From: an uncultured Saprospiraceae bacterium
Lineage (GTDB): Bacteria; Bacteroidota; Bacteroidia; Chitinophagales; Saprospiraceae
Reading direction: 5' to 3'
Length of the DNA stretch: 64,000 nt
Assembly (NCBI GenBank): GCA_937944245.1
Contig: CALDYY010000016.1
Span: 10,762 to 74,761 of the forward strand
The notes under the pieces were generated by a model. That model saw only the letters and a list, made by a program, of their open reading frames with translations, was not told the DNA's origin and made no database searches. Position numbers and translations under genes: made by a program. How positions within the stretch are numbered: position 1 is the stretch's first letter; each line of letters begins with the position of its first letter. Shown piece after piece: positions 1 to 8,895 of this stretch.

Positions 1-1
1 A

Positions 2-1498
2 GCATTGTTGAGTAGTCAAATAAAGAAAGCAACACAGTTATTGGGGCATTATTTCACATTGACTGGAACCGTGGTACATGGACAAAAAATTGGTACAAAA
101 ATCGGTTTTCCTACGGCTAATCTTGAAATTAATGACGCTCATAAGCTAATTCCTCCTGATGGCATATACGCTGTTTACGTGCATCATCAACAACAACGCT
201 ACAAAGGAATGCTGTACATTGGTAAGCGACCTAGTGTAGGCAAAGAACTAACTAGAACTATTGAGGTCAATATTTTTAATTTTAGCAAGAATATTTATGG
301 CGATAAGCTCACTTTAGAGTTGGTGGACTTTGTGCGAGAAGACCAGAAATTTGAGAGCCTAGACCAACTTAGTCAACAACTTAAATTGGACGAAAAGCAT
401 ACCATAGATTGTTTACAATATGAAGAAAGTTTAACAGAGACAGTAATGACAGCACGACAACCTGAAGTTGCAGTCGTTATTCTGAATTACAATGGTAAAT
501 ATTATTTAGAGCAATTTTTACCTTCTTTATTGAAAACTACCTATGCCAACTATAAAGTGTATGTAGCTGATAATGGTTCGTCGGACACTTCACAGGATTT
601 GATACAAACGCAGTTTCCAGAGGTGATTTGGGTTGATTTGAAGGAAAATCATGGATTTGCACAAGGATACAATTTAGCGTTACAGCAGGTGAAATCTGAT
701 TATTACGTTCTTCTCAATTCAGATGTAGAGGTTACACCAAATTGGATAGCACCCATTATAGAATTAATGGAACGCGATAGAACCGTAGCTGCTTGTCAAC
801 CTAAAATATTATCGTTCCACCAAAAAAATCATTTTGAATATGCTGGTGCAGCAGGTGGTTGGTTGGATTACCTAGGCTATCCATTTTGTAAAGGTAGAAT
901 TTTTCAAAAAGTGGAACGCGACAAAGGACAGTACGATACAACACAAGAAATTTTCTGGGCATCTGGTGCAGCAATGTTTATTCGGGCTAATTTATTTCAC
1001 GATATTGGCGGTTTTGATGGCAGCTACTTCGCTCATTTGGAAGAAATTGATCTTTGTTGGCGTTTGAAGCGAGCGGGCTACAAAATTATGGTTCGTCCAA
1101 AATCAGTCGTTTATCATGTGGGAGGCGGTACATTGAGCTACGAAAACCCTCAGAAAACATACCTTAACTTCAGGAACAGTTTATTTACCTTAGTCAAAAA
1201 CGAATCTATCTCAAAATTAATTTGGCTGATTCCGCTTCGCTTGCTGTTAGATGGATTGGCAGGTGTCATGTTTTTAATGAAGGGTCAATTTAAGAATACT
1301 GGGGCAATTGTAAAAGCACATTGGCACTTTTTCCCAAAAATTATCGCCTTACTTGCACAACGCAAAATAGTGTTGGAATACATTGAGAAAACAAGCATCA
1401 GCAAAGCACCTAATCAAACGGCTCAACTTAAGGGCAGCATCGTTTGGCAGTATTACATCCAGCGAAAACGTTACTTCAAAAATCTCACAACAAAATGA
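2..1498 (+). CDS. RibF C-terminal riboflavin-kinase domain (5' end cut by window edge) continuing in frame into a family-2 glycosyltransferase
   Basis: The frame is open from position 2. The N-terminal part reads GHYFTLTGTVVHGQKIGTKIGFPTANLE...FVREDQKFESLDQL, typical of the RibF kinase domain. From the ATG at 446 it reads PEVAVVILNYNG...VADNGSSD...DLCWR, typical of GT2. There is no stop codon between the two parts. Confidence 0.75.
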   Translation, partial: ALLSSQIKKATQLLGHYFTLTGTVVHGQKIGTKIGFPTANLEINDAHKLIPPDGIYAVYVHHQQQRYKGMLYIGKRPSVGKELTRTIEVNIFNFSKNIYGDKLTLELVDFVREDQKFESLDQLSQQLKLDEKHTIDCLQYEESLTETVMTARQPEVAVVILNYNGKYYLEQFLPSLLKTTYANYKVYVADNGSSDTSQDLIQTQFPEVIWVDLKENHGFAQGYNLALQQVKSDYYVLLNSDVEVTPNWIAPIIELMERDRTVAACQPKILSFHQKNHFEYAGAAGGWLDYLGYPFCKGRIFQKVERDKGQYDTTQEIFWASGAAMFIRANLFHDIGGFDGSYFAHLEEIDLCWRLKRAGYKIMVRPKSVVYHVGGGTLSYENPQKTYLNFRNSLFTLVKNESISKLIWLIPLRLLLDGLAGVMFLMKGQFKNTGAIVKAHWHFFPKIIALLAQRKIVLEYIEKTSISKAPNQTAQLKGSIVWQYYIQRKRYFKNLTTK

Positions 1499-2013
1499 CA
1501 GCACTATATCAATTAAAAATAGCACTTTCAGGCTCAAAGCCTTTAGTTTGGCGTAGAGTGATGATTTACAATACCATTTCGTTGTCGGAATTGCACAAGA
1601 TTATTCAATTAACAATGGGTTGGAAAGATGAGCACCTTTGGGCATTTGAGTTCCAACAGGGAAATTTTGATGAAAAATATGCTGACCATATTTTAAAGCA
1701 GTATGTTACTGAACCCAAGCAACATTTTTATTATATTTATGACTTTGGTGATCATTGGCAGCATAAGATTACACTAGAAAAGGTAATTAATAAAGGGCAA
1801 TCCGCTTTGCCACCCTATTGCATAAGTGGTAAAAATGCTTGTCCACCAGAGGATTGTGGAGGCATATGGGGTTACGCAGAACTATTGGAAGCCCTTGAGG
1901 ATGAAGCCCACAATGCACATGAGTTAGCCTTGGCACAATTAGGGCAGAATTTTAATCCCAATGCTTTTGATTTAGAAGCGGTGAATAAAGCTTTGCAACC
2001 TTATCAAAAGTAA
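1495..2013 (+). CDS. pRiA4b ORF-3-like (PF07929-type) domain protein
   Basis: MTALYQLKIALSGSKPLVWRRV...DFGDHWQHKITLEKV matches my memory of this family. The ATG at 1495 overlaps the upstream TGA (ATGA). The ORF-track start at 1444 is probably too far upstream. Confidence 0.6.
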   Translation: MTALYQLKIALSGSKPLVWRRVMIYNTISLSELHKIIQLTMGWKDEHLWAFEFQQGNFDEKYADHILKQYVTEPKQHFYYIYDFGDHWQHKITLEKVINKGQSALPPYCISGKNACPPEDCGGIWGYAELLEALEDEAHNAHELALAQLGQNFNPNAFDLEAVNKALQPYQK

Positions 2014-2045
2014 AGATTTCAATATTTTTCAACTTAAATCAGTAC

Positions 2046-2759
2046 ATGGAAATTCTTTTTGAGGACGAAGATTTAGTGGTAGTCAATAAACCAGCCGGAG
2101 TATTATCTATCCCAGATCGTTTTAATGCCAGCAAACCTAACATGCTCACCCAACTTAAAGCTCTTTATTCCAACGTTTTTGTAGTACATCGCCTAGATGC
2201 GGAAACAAGTGGTATTATTTGCTTCGCCAAGAATGAACAGGCACACCAGCACTTAAATTTACAATTTGAACACCGCGCAGTTGAAAAGATATATCTTGCG
2301 CTAACGGATGGTAGAATCGTGCAAGATACTGGCATTATTGATGCAGGTATAGAACCACATCCAACTTTGAAAGGAAAAATGATTACTTCCAAACGCGGTA
2401 AACCTTCCTTAACACTATTTCAAGTAACAGAACGCTTCAAACATTTCACGTTAGTAGAAGCTAATCTAAAAACGGGTAGAACACATCAAGTGCGGGTACA
2501 TTTTGCCAGTATTGGACACACTTTAGCTGTGGATGCACTTTACGGTAAACGTGCACAGCTATTTCTTTCAGAAGTGAAGCTCAATCGGTTTAATTTAGGT
2601 AAATTTCAGGAAGAACGACCAATAATGAACCGCACTACCCTGCATGCACATCGGCTTAAACTAAGGCATCCTAAACAAGAAAAAGAAGTAGAGATAACAG
2701 CACCATTACCAAAAGACTTTAAAGCATTACTACAACAACTCGAAAAATGGGGAAAATAA
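2046..2759 (+). CDS. RluA-family pseudouridine synthase
   Basis: Motifs HRLDAETSGIICFAK and GRTHQVRVHFASIGH. Confidence 0.85.
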   Translation: MEILFEDEDLVVVNKPAGVLSIPDRFNASKPNMLTQLKALYSNVFVVHRLDAETSGIICFAKNEQAHQHLNLQFEHRAVEKIYLALTDGRIVQDTGIIDAGIEPHPTLKGKMITSKRGKPSLTLFQVTERFKHFTLVEANLKTGRTHQVRVHFASIGHTLAVDALYGKRAQLFLSEVKLNRFNLGKFQEERPIMNRTTLHAHRLKLRHPKQEKEVEITAPLPKDFKALLQQLEKWGK

Positions 2760-2839
2760 AAAATTGATAAGCGTTGTTTTTTTAATTTTTTTTATCATTA
2801 CACTTCAATTATCAAAAACAAACAATAACAGAGAACATT

Positions 2840-4405
2840 ATGAAAAAATCTGTCTTTTTTACCTTAATAACCCTAATTGTACCAACGCTGTTGTTCTGTC
2901 AACAAAAAGGGTGGGACGAAAAAATTAATGATGCCTTTGCGCCCATTTCTAACTTCTGGCAAAGCATTGTTTTGTTTAAAGTAGCAGGTATCCCTTTTGT
3001 TGTAATGCTTTTAGTGTTTGGAGCTACTTTCTTTACCATAGTCTTTGGTTTTATTAATATCCGAAAATTTGGTTTAGCCCTCAAAGTGGTACAAGGAAAA
3101 TATGATGAATTGGAACAAAAAGAAGTCGAAGATACTCCCGGACATAAACTCAAGGAAGGTGGGGAAGGAGAGGTAAGCCATTTTCAAGCCCTAGCCACTG
3201 CCGTTTCTGGAACAGTGGGTCTAGGCAATATTGCGGGTGTAGCTCTAGCTATTGCACTAGGTGGACCAGGTGCCACTTTTTGGATGATTGTTTGTGGTCT
3301 TTTAGGCATGTCCACCAAATTTGTGGAATGTACGCTTGGGGTAAAATATCGAGATATTGGCGAAGATGGTACTGTTTATGGTGGACCGATGTACTATTTA
3401 TCCAAAGGACTAAAAGAACTTGGATTTGCTAGTGCTGGAAGAGTGATGGCAGTTATTTTTGCTATACTTGCAGTAGGTGCATCCTTTGGTGGTGGTAATG
3501 CTGCACAATCCAATCAGGCGGCCTCACAATTAGTTTCCATGCTAGGTATGACAGGGGGAAATGCGGGAACAATTATTGGCGTTTTTCTTGCACTTATTGT
3601 AGGTTTAGTTATTATTGGTGGCATCAGAAGGATAGCAGCAGTTACAGAGAAGGTTGTACCTTTCATGGCAATTATCTACGTTGGGGCTTGTTTGTTTATC
3701 ATTTTTGCTAATATTTCTATGGTAGGTAATGCGTTGAGCTTAATTTTTACGCAAGCCTTCAGTCCTCAGGCAGGTTTAGGAGGTATCTTTGGTGTTATTG
3801 TCATTGGTTTTCAGCGTGCTGCTTTTTCTAACGAGGCAGGTTCAGGTTCAGCGCCAATCGCCCATTCAGCAGTAAAAACGAATTATGCCGCTTCTGAAGG
3901 TTTAGTTGCCTTACTTGAGCCATTTATTGATACAGTAGTCATTTGTACTATGACCGCCTTAGTTATCATTATTTACAACGAAACTGGTGGTGTTTTTGAA
4001 TATGGTGGCAACGGTTCTGGTAGTGTGGTCATTAATGGTCAAACCGTAGAGGGTTCTGTATTAACTTCTATGGCTTTTGCATCGGTCATCCCTTGGTTTC
4101 CTTATATCTTAACTCTAGCAATTGTACTTTTTGCTGTTTCTACCATGATTTCTTGGTCATACTATGGCGTTCAATCGTGGATGTACTTATTTGGTCGCAA
4201 CAAAACGATGGAATTATTATACAAAATTATTTTTTGTGCATTCATCGTTGTTGGTGCTGCTGCCAATATGGACGCGGTTTGGGGCTTTTCTGATGCCATG
4301 ATTTTGGCATTGGTCTTTCCTAATATGATTGGCTTGTTTTTCCTTTTCCCAAGAGTAAGAGAAGAATTGAACAAATATTTAAAAGCAATTCGCGAGCAAA
4401 AATAA
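2840..4405 (+). CDS. alanine/glycine:cation symporter (AGCS family)
   Basis: Multi-TM protein with SHFQALATAVSGTVGLGNIAGVA..GGPGATFWM, characteristic of AGCS transporters. Confidence 0.85.
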   Translation: MKKSVFFTLITLIVPTLLFCQQKGWDEKINDAFAPISNFWQSIVLFKVAGIPFVVMLLVFGATFFTIVFGFINIRKFGLALKVVQGKYDELEQKEVEDTPGHKLKEGGEGEVSHFQALATAVSGTVGLGNIAGVALAIALGGPGATFWMIVCGLLGMSTKFVECTLGVKYRDIGEDGTVYGGPMYYLSKGLKELGFASAGRVMAVIFAILAVGASFGGGNAAQSNQAASQLVSMLGMTGGNAGTIIGVFLALIVGLVIIGGIRRIAAVTEKVVPFMAIIYVGACLFIIFANISMVGNALSLIFTQAFSPQAGLGGIFGVIVIGFQRAAFSNEAGSGSAPIAHSAVKTNYAASEGLVALLEPFIDTVVICTMTALVIIIYNETGGVFEYGGNGSGSVVINGQTVEGSVLTSMAFASVIPWFPYILTLAIVLFAVSTMISWSYYGVQSWMYLFGRNKTMELLYKIIFCAFIVVGAAANMDAVWGFSDAMILALVFPNMIGLFFLFPRVREELNKYLKAIREQK

Positions 4406-4410
4406 TTGTT

Positions 4411-4451
4411 ATATTGCATCAGGGGCTTAGTTATAAACCCCGATGCAATAT
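4411..4451. terminator. hairpin between the convergent symporter and smc genes
   Basis: ATATTGCATCAGGGG-loop-CCCCGATGCAATAT forms a stem of about 14 bp with one bulged A. Confidence 0.6.
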
Positions 4452-4454
4452 CAG

Positions 4455-7400
4455 CTAATTAGCTGAAAACGATTTGCTTTCTTCTATGGCTTCCATGACG
4501 GTTTTATGTTCAAAACTACTAAAATCAACGGGAAGCACACTAGAAATGCCCTGTTCATTATGAACTCCGTAAATCACATCCACAGCAGCCATGGTCATTT
4601 TATTGTGTGTAACAATAATAAATTGAGAATCTTTAGAGAATTTGCGAATAATGTTGTTGAATTTTTCGATGTTAGCATCATCCAGTGGTGCATCTACCTC
4701 ATCAAAAATGCAAAATGGTGCAGGTTTAAGCAAATAAAGGGCAAATAGTAATGCCGTAGCTGTCAATGTTTTCTCGCCTCCCGAAAGTTGGTTAATCGTT
4801 TGAGGACGTTTACCCTTTGGTTTAGCTATAATTTCAATATTGGATTGTAAAGGGTCATCAGGTTGCGTAAGTATCAAATCGCAAACATCATCTTCCGTAA
4901 ATAAACTTCGGAACACATCAATAAAGTAAATCCTAACTTCTTCAAAGGATTGCAAAAATTTATTGGTGGCGGTTTCTTCAATTTCCTTGATGGTTTCCTC
5001 TAGGTCGCTTTTAGCTTTAACAATATCGTCACGCTGTTGGGCAATATTATCGTGTCGCTCCTTCATAGCGTCATAAGCCTCCACCGCCATAGGATTGATT
5101 TCGCCATAGGTATCAATCCGACTTTTTAGGCGTTCCACTTTTAGTGTTAGTTCTTCTATGTTTTGCACTTCCACTTTTGGGGAACTATTGATGAGTTCGT
5201 TGATGTCCATATTAAATTCAATGCGCACACGTTGCGCCACAGCACTAATGTCGTATTTTACTTCATTAAACTGGTCTTTAGTCTTACCAATATTATTCTG
5301 GCTATCCTGCAGTGCTTTGCTTTGTTGCCTAAGTTGTTTTTCAATATCATTTATTTTTTCGCGGGCTGCAAAGTAAGTTTGTTCGAAGGTAGAAAGCGCA
5401 TTAGACTGTTCCTTTTTAGTTTTGTAATTCTCTGATAGTTTGTTATTTAGTGTCTCACTTTCTTCTATTAGCAACTTAATTTCATCATCCGCTTTAGCAT
5501 AATCTTTTTGATATTGCTGAGAATTGGTTCTTAGTTCTTGAAGTTGTTTTTCTCGAAATGCTAATTCTTGTTGGTATTGGTTGACCTTATTTTGCTGTTT
5601 GATGTAAGCAATATTTTGCTCGTTGAAGTAGGCAGAGGCTTGATTTAAAAGCTCGGCAATCGTTTTGAAGGAGTCTTCTGCTGCTGCAATTTCACCTTGT
5701 ACGGCTTGTGCTTGTTTTTGTTTTTCCTTTAACTGTTCTTCTATTTGCTGATTTTTAGTGATAAGTATTTCAATTGTTTTATTGGAATCCGCTATGGTTG
5801 TTTGCATATTTTGAAAAAAGGCTTCAAAGTTTTCTAGTGTGGAAACCAAACCTGCTTTTTTTTGCAATGTTTGACTAAGTAATTGATTTGCAGTTTTTAT
5901 TTCCTGTTCTGTTTTTTGATTTCGCACTTTTTCTAGTTGTTCTTGGCAGGCATAAAAAGTGGAAGCTAAGCGGTCTGATTGCCTTTCTAGCTGCTTAATT
6001 TCCATTTCAAGGATTTCTAAATTCTTTTTTCGTCCAATTTTTTTACCCTCGAAAAGCCCAATAGAGCCTCCGGAAAGGCTATGTTTTTTGCGAATTAATC
6101 GTCCACTTTTTGCTAATACCGTCAATTCATCACCCTGAATTTTTTCCATTTGTTGGTCTTCTTCCACCACAATTACATTTTCTAGTAAGTAGCTACAAAG
6201 ATTCAAGTATTTACCATCCACTTCAATTAAATCAATGGCTTTCTTTGCATTAGCTTGGATGGTAATGGGTGATACATATTGATTAAAAGTATCTAATAGT
6301 AAGAAATTGGCTTTGCCCTTTTGCGCGTTACTCAGCAAGCGAATAGCGGCAATAGCTTCTTCTTTATTTTCAACAACGTAGTAGTTAAGGTACGGCTCTA
6401 AATAATTTTCAATGGCTACGCGATAGGCTTCTTTCACGTAGATGATGTCAGAAAGCAACAAAGCAGAGGTATGCCAATTTTTTTTATTGCTTAAGAATTG
6501 AATAGATTCAGGAAAGCCTTCAAAGTTATCAATCATGCTTTTAGTGAGTTGCAACTCATTCTTTTTAGCATCTAACGTTCGATTTACTTTGGCTTGCTCT
6601 ACTCGAATTTCTTCTAGTTGATGCGTTAATTTTTGAAGTTCAAATTGGCGTTGCTCTTTGGCAAATTCCAGTGTTTTAAGTTGTTGAAGTTGTAAGGATT
6701 CTTGAGTCTCCACTTGCTGCAACTGTGCTTTTAAATCATCAATTTGGCGAGTCCGCTGTTCGATTTGTTTTTGTTGTTGTTCAATTTCTTGCTGCTTACT
6801 AGCAATTTGGTTGCTTTGTATGGCTTTTTGTTTTTCTAGTTCAAAAATACCTTGATTGGCTTGTTGTTGACGGTTTAAAAGTTCATCTCGGTTGCCTTTT
6901 AGGTTGGCATGGCTATTTTGGCTAGTTTTTAAATGCTTTTCTGCTGCATCAAGTTGTGCCTCTAGTGTGGCTTCGATTCGTTTTTCACTATTTAGTTCAG
7001 TGCGGTAGTAAACAATTTCTTCTTCTAGTTGGTCAATGGTTGTGTTAGCTTTTTCTATTTGCTGCGATAGCTGTTTTTGATTTTGCTGAATAAAAGTTAG
7101 CTTTTGGTCAATGATTTTTTTGTCATTCTCCATTCCTTTGATGTTGCCAATTAAGCGATTCAGTTCGCGCTGACGGTCGGAAAGTAAGCGTTCGTTATCA
7201 AGATTGGCTTTTTTTTCGGCTTCCAAATTTGCTTCCAACTGCCGAGTAGTAACTTCCAATCCTCGATAGATATCTTCTTGTTGCTCAAGTTGTTGCTTTA
7301 TTTTGTGATGCTTATCTTTTAAATTAGTGATTTTAACGAGGGTTAATTCAAGGCTATGCTGTTTGTATTGGTCTTTGATTTCAAAAAAACGACGCGCCCG

Positions 7401-8030
7401 TTTAGCCTGCTTTTCTAAACTATTGAGTTGACTGCTAATTTCGTGTAGTAAATCTTGTACGCGCTCCAAATCCTCGACGGTACTTTGTAGTTTTTGCAAG
7501 GTTTCTCGTTTTCTTGCTTTGTACTTGGAAATGCCCGCTGCTTGCTCAAACATTCTCCGACGTGCATTTTCTTTGTCGTTGAGAATGTCGTCCACCATGC
7601 CTAGCGCAATGATGGCGTAAGAATTAGAGCCGATACCAGTATCTAAAAATAAAGTGGTGATATCCTTCAACCGACAAGGCACATTATTCAGTCGGTATTC
7701 GCTTTCGCCCGTGCGATACAGCATCCGAGAAATAGATACCGAACTATATTCTGTGGGCAATAAGTTTTTTGTATTTTCAAAGGTAAGGGTTACTTGCGCT
7801 AAGCCACTTTGCTTTTTTGTTTTTGTACCATTAAAGATTACACTGGTCATTTGGTCGAGGCGCAGTTCTTTACTTTTTTGCTCTCCTAATACCCATCGAA
7901 TAGCATCTACAATATTTGACTTTCCCGAACCATTAGGTCCGACAATACCAACTACATCCTCATTAAAATGAATGACAGTATCGTTAGCAAAACTTTTGAA
8001 TCCCTTAATTTCTAATCGCTTCAATCTCAT
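4455..8030 (-). CDS. smc: chromosome segregation protein SMC
   Basis: N-terminal MRLKRLEIKGFKSF...GPNGSGKSN Walker A, very long coiled coils, a central hinge, and C-terminal LSGGEKTLTA..FCIFDEVDAPLD. I place the start at the ATG at 8030, not the ORF-track start at 8117. Confidence 0.95.
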   Translation of the reverse strand: MRLKRLEIKGFKSFANDTVIHFNEDVVGIVGPNGSGKSNIVDAIRWVLGEQKSKELRLDQMTSVIFNGTKTKKQSGLAQVTLTFENTKNLLPTEYSSVSISRMLYRTGESEYRLNNVPCRLKDITTLFLDTGIGSNSYAIIALGMVDDILNDKENARRRMFEQAAGISKYKARKRETLQKLQSTVEDLERVQDLLHEISSQLNSLEKQAKRARRFFEIKDQYKQHSLELTLVKITNLKDKHHKIKQQLEQQEDIYRGLEVTTRQLEANLEAEKKANLDNERLLSDRQRELNRLIGNIKGMENDKKIIDQKLTFIQQNQKQLSQQIEKANTTIDQLEEEIVYYRTELNSEKRIEATLEAQLDAAEKHLKTSQNSHANLKGNRDELLNRQQQANQGIFELEKQKAIQSNQIASKQQEIEQQQKQIEQRTRQIDDLKAQLQQVETQESLQLQQLKTLEFAKEQRQFELQKLTHQLEEIRVEQAKVNRTLDAKKNELQLTKSMIDNFEGFPESIQFLSNKKNWHTSALLLSDIIYVKEAYRVAIENYLEPYLNYYVVENKEEAIAAIRLLSNAQKGKANFLLLDTFNQYVSPITIQANAKKAIDLIEVDGKYLNLCSYLLENVIVVEEDQQMEKIQGDELTVLAKSGRLIRKKHSLSGGSIGLFEGKKIGRKKNLEILEMEIKQLERQSDRLASTFYACQEQLEKVRNQKTEQEIKTANQLLSQTLQKKAGLVSTLENFEAFFQNMQTTIADSNKTIEILITKNQQIEEQLKEKQKQAQAVQGEIAAAEDSFKTIAELLNQASAYFNEQNIAYIKQQNKVNQYQQELAFREKQLQELRTNSQQYQKDYAKADDEIKLLIEESETLNNKLSENYKTKKEQSNALSTFEQTYFAAREKINDIEKQLRQQSKALQDSQNNIGKTKDQFNEVKYDISAVAQRVRIEFNMDINELINSSPKVEVQNIEELTLKVERLKSRIDTYGEINPMAVEAYDAMKERHDNIAQQRDDIVKAKSDLEETIKEIEETATNKFLQSFEEVRIYFIDVFRSLFTEDDVCDLILTQPDDPLQSNIEIIAKPKGKRPQTINQLSGGEKTLTATALLFALYLLKPAPFCIFDEVDAPLDDANIEKFNNIIRKFSKDSQFIIVTHNKMTMAAVDVIYGVHNEQGISSVLPVDFSSFEHKTVMEAIEESKSFSAN

Positions 8031-8148
8031 AGCGTGCAAAAATACAAATTGAAATGGAGTGATTTGCTTTTTGCTTGATTTTACTATCCACAAGTATTCC
8101 ACATAGGAATGAAACAACTGTAATTAATAGGGCTAAAATATATTTTGG

Positions 8149-8895
8149 TTAGCGTTGTGCATAATCTGCAATGGCTGCTTCTAAAGAAATACCAATCCAT
8201 TCTTCTAGTGCTAGTTGCCATTGCATCACTTCAATTTCTGTGCGGAAGCGTTCTTCTTTTGCTTTATCTCTGTTGGTGATAGCGGTGTTAATATCTTCAT
8301 ATTCAGCACCTTCTTTTTGAAATAGTGCTAGTACGAAACGGTAGTTTTCATCTGCTTGTTCTTCTATTTTAATGCGTTGTTCCAGCACTTTTTGTGCAAT
8401 TAGTAGTCCGCGATAAGTGCTTAACACTTTGTTCCGAAGATTTAGTTTATACGTGTTAACATCTGCTTGGGCTACTTTAAGATTTTCTCTAGCAATGTTT
8501 ACTTGATGTTTTGTGGCAAAAAGAGGTAGCAAGCGAATAGAAACACCGATGGAAAAAGCATTAGCAGTGCCATCAGAAAGCGCCGCAGGTACTTCAGGCA
8601 TACCTGGTTGGAGCGTAGGTAAAGACGTTCCAGATGAAGTACCTCTGGAGTAGTTGATGAAAGGGGCAAAGCCCTCTAGAACGCCAAGTTTTTGTGCTTT
8701 TATATCTTCTTGGGCGATGTTAATTTTTGATTCTAAAACTTTGTTTGTAGGATAATTTAGCCACGCTACATAAATTAAATAGTCTTCAAACGTCTTAATG
8801 GTAGCTTGAGTAGGAATAACTTCTTCAAAATCGAGTCGCTGTGCATTTGTTACGAGCGAAAAAAGTATTAGGCAAAGCGTAAGGTATCTTTTCAT
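8149..8895 (-). CDS. secreted TolC/OEP-like protein, about half normal length
   Basis: Signal peptide MKRYLTLCLILFSLVTNAQ, followed by helical segments resembling a single outer-membrane-efflux repeat. The family call is weak. Confidence 0.35.
   Translation of the reverse strand: MKRYLTLCLILFSLVTNAQRLDFEEVIPTQATIKTFEDYLIYVAWLNYPTNKVLESKINIAQEDIKAQKLGVLEGFAPFINYSRGTSSGTSLPTLQPGMPEVPAALSDGTANAFSIGVSIRLLPLFATKHQVNIARENLKVAQADVNTYKLNLRNKVLSTYRGLLIAQKVLEQRIKIEEQADENYRFVLALFQKEGAEYEDINTAITNRDKAKEERFRTEIEVMQWQLALEEWIGISLEAAIADYAQR

Noticed and set aside
8031-8117. 29-codon N-terminal extension of smc in the ORF track
   Set aside because: Canonical SMC proteins begin MxLKxLEIxGFKSF. The ATG at 8030 gives exactly that, and the extension is non-conserved-looking.
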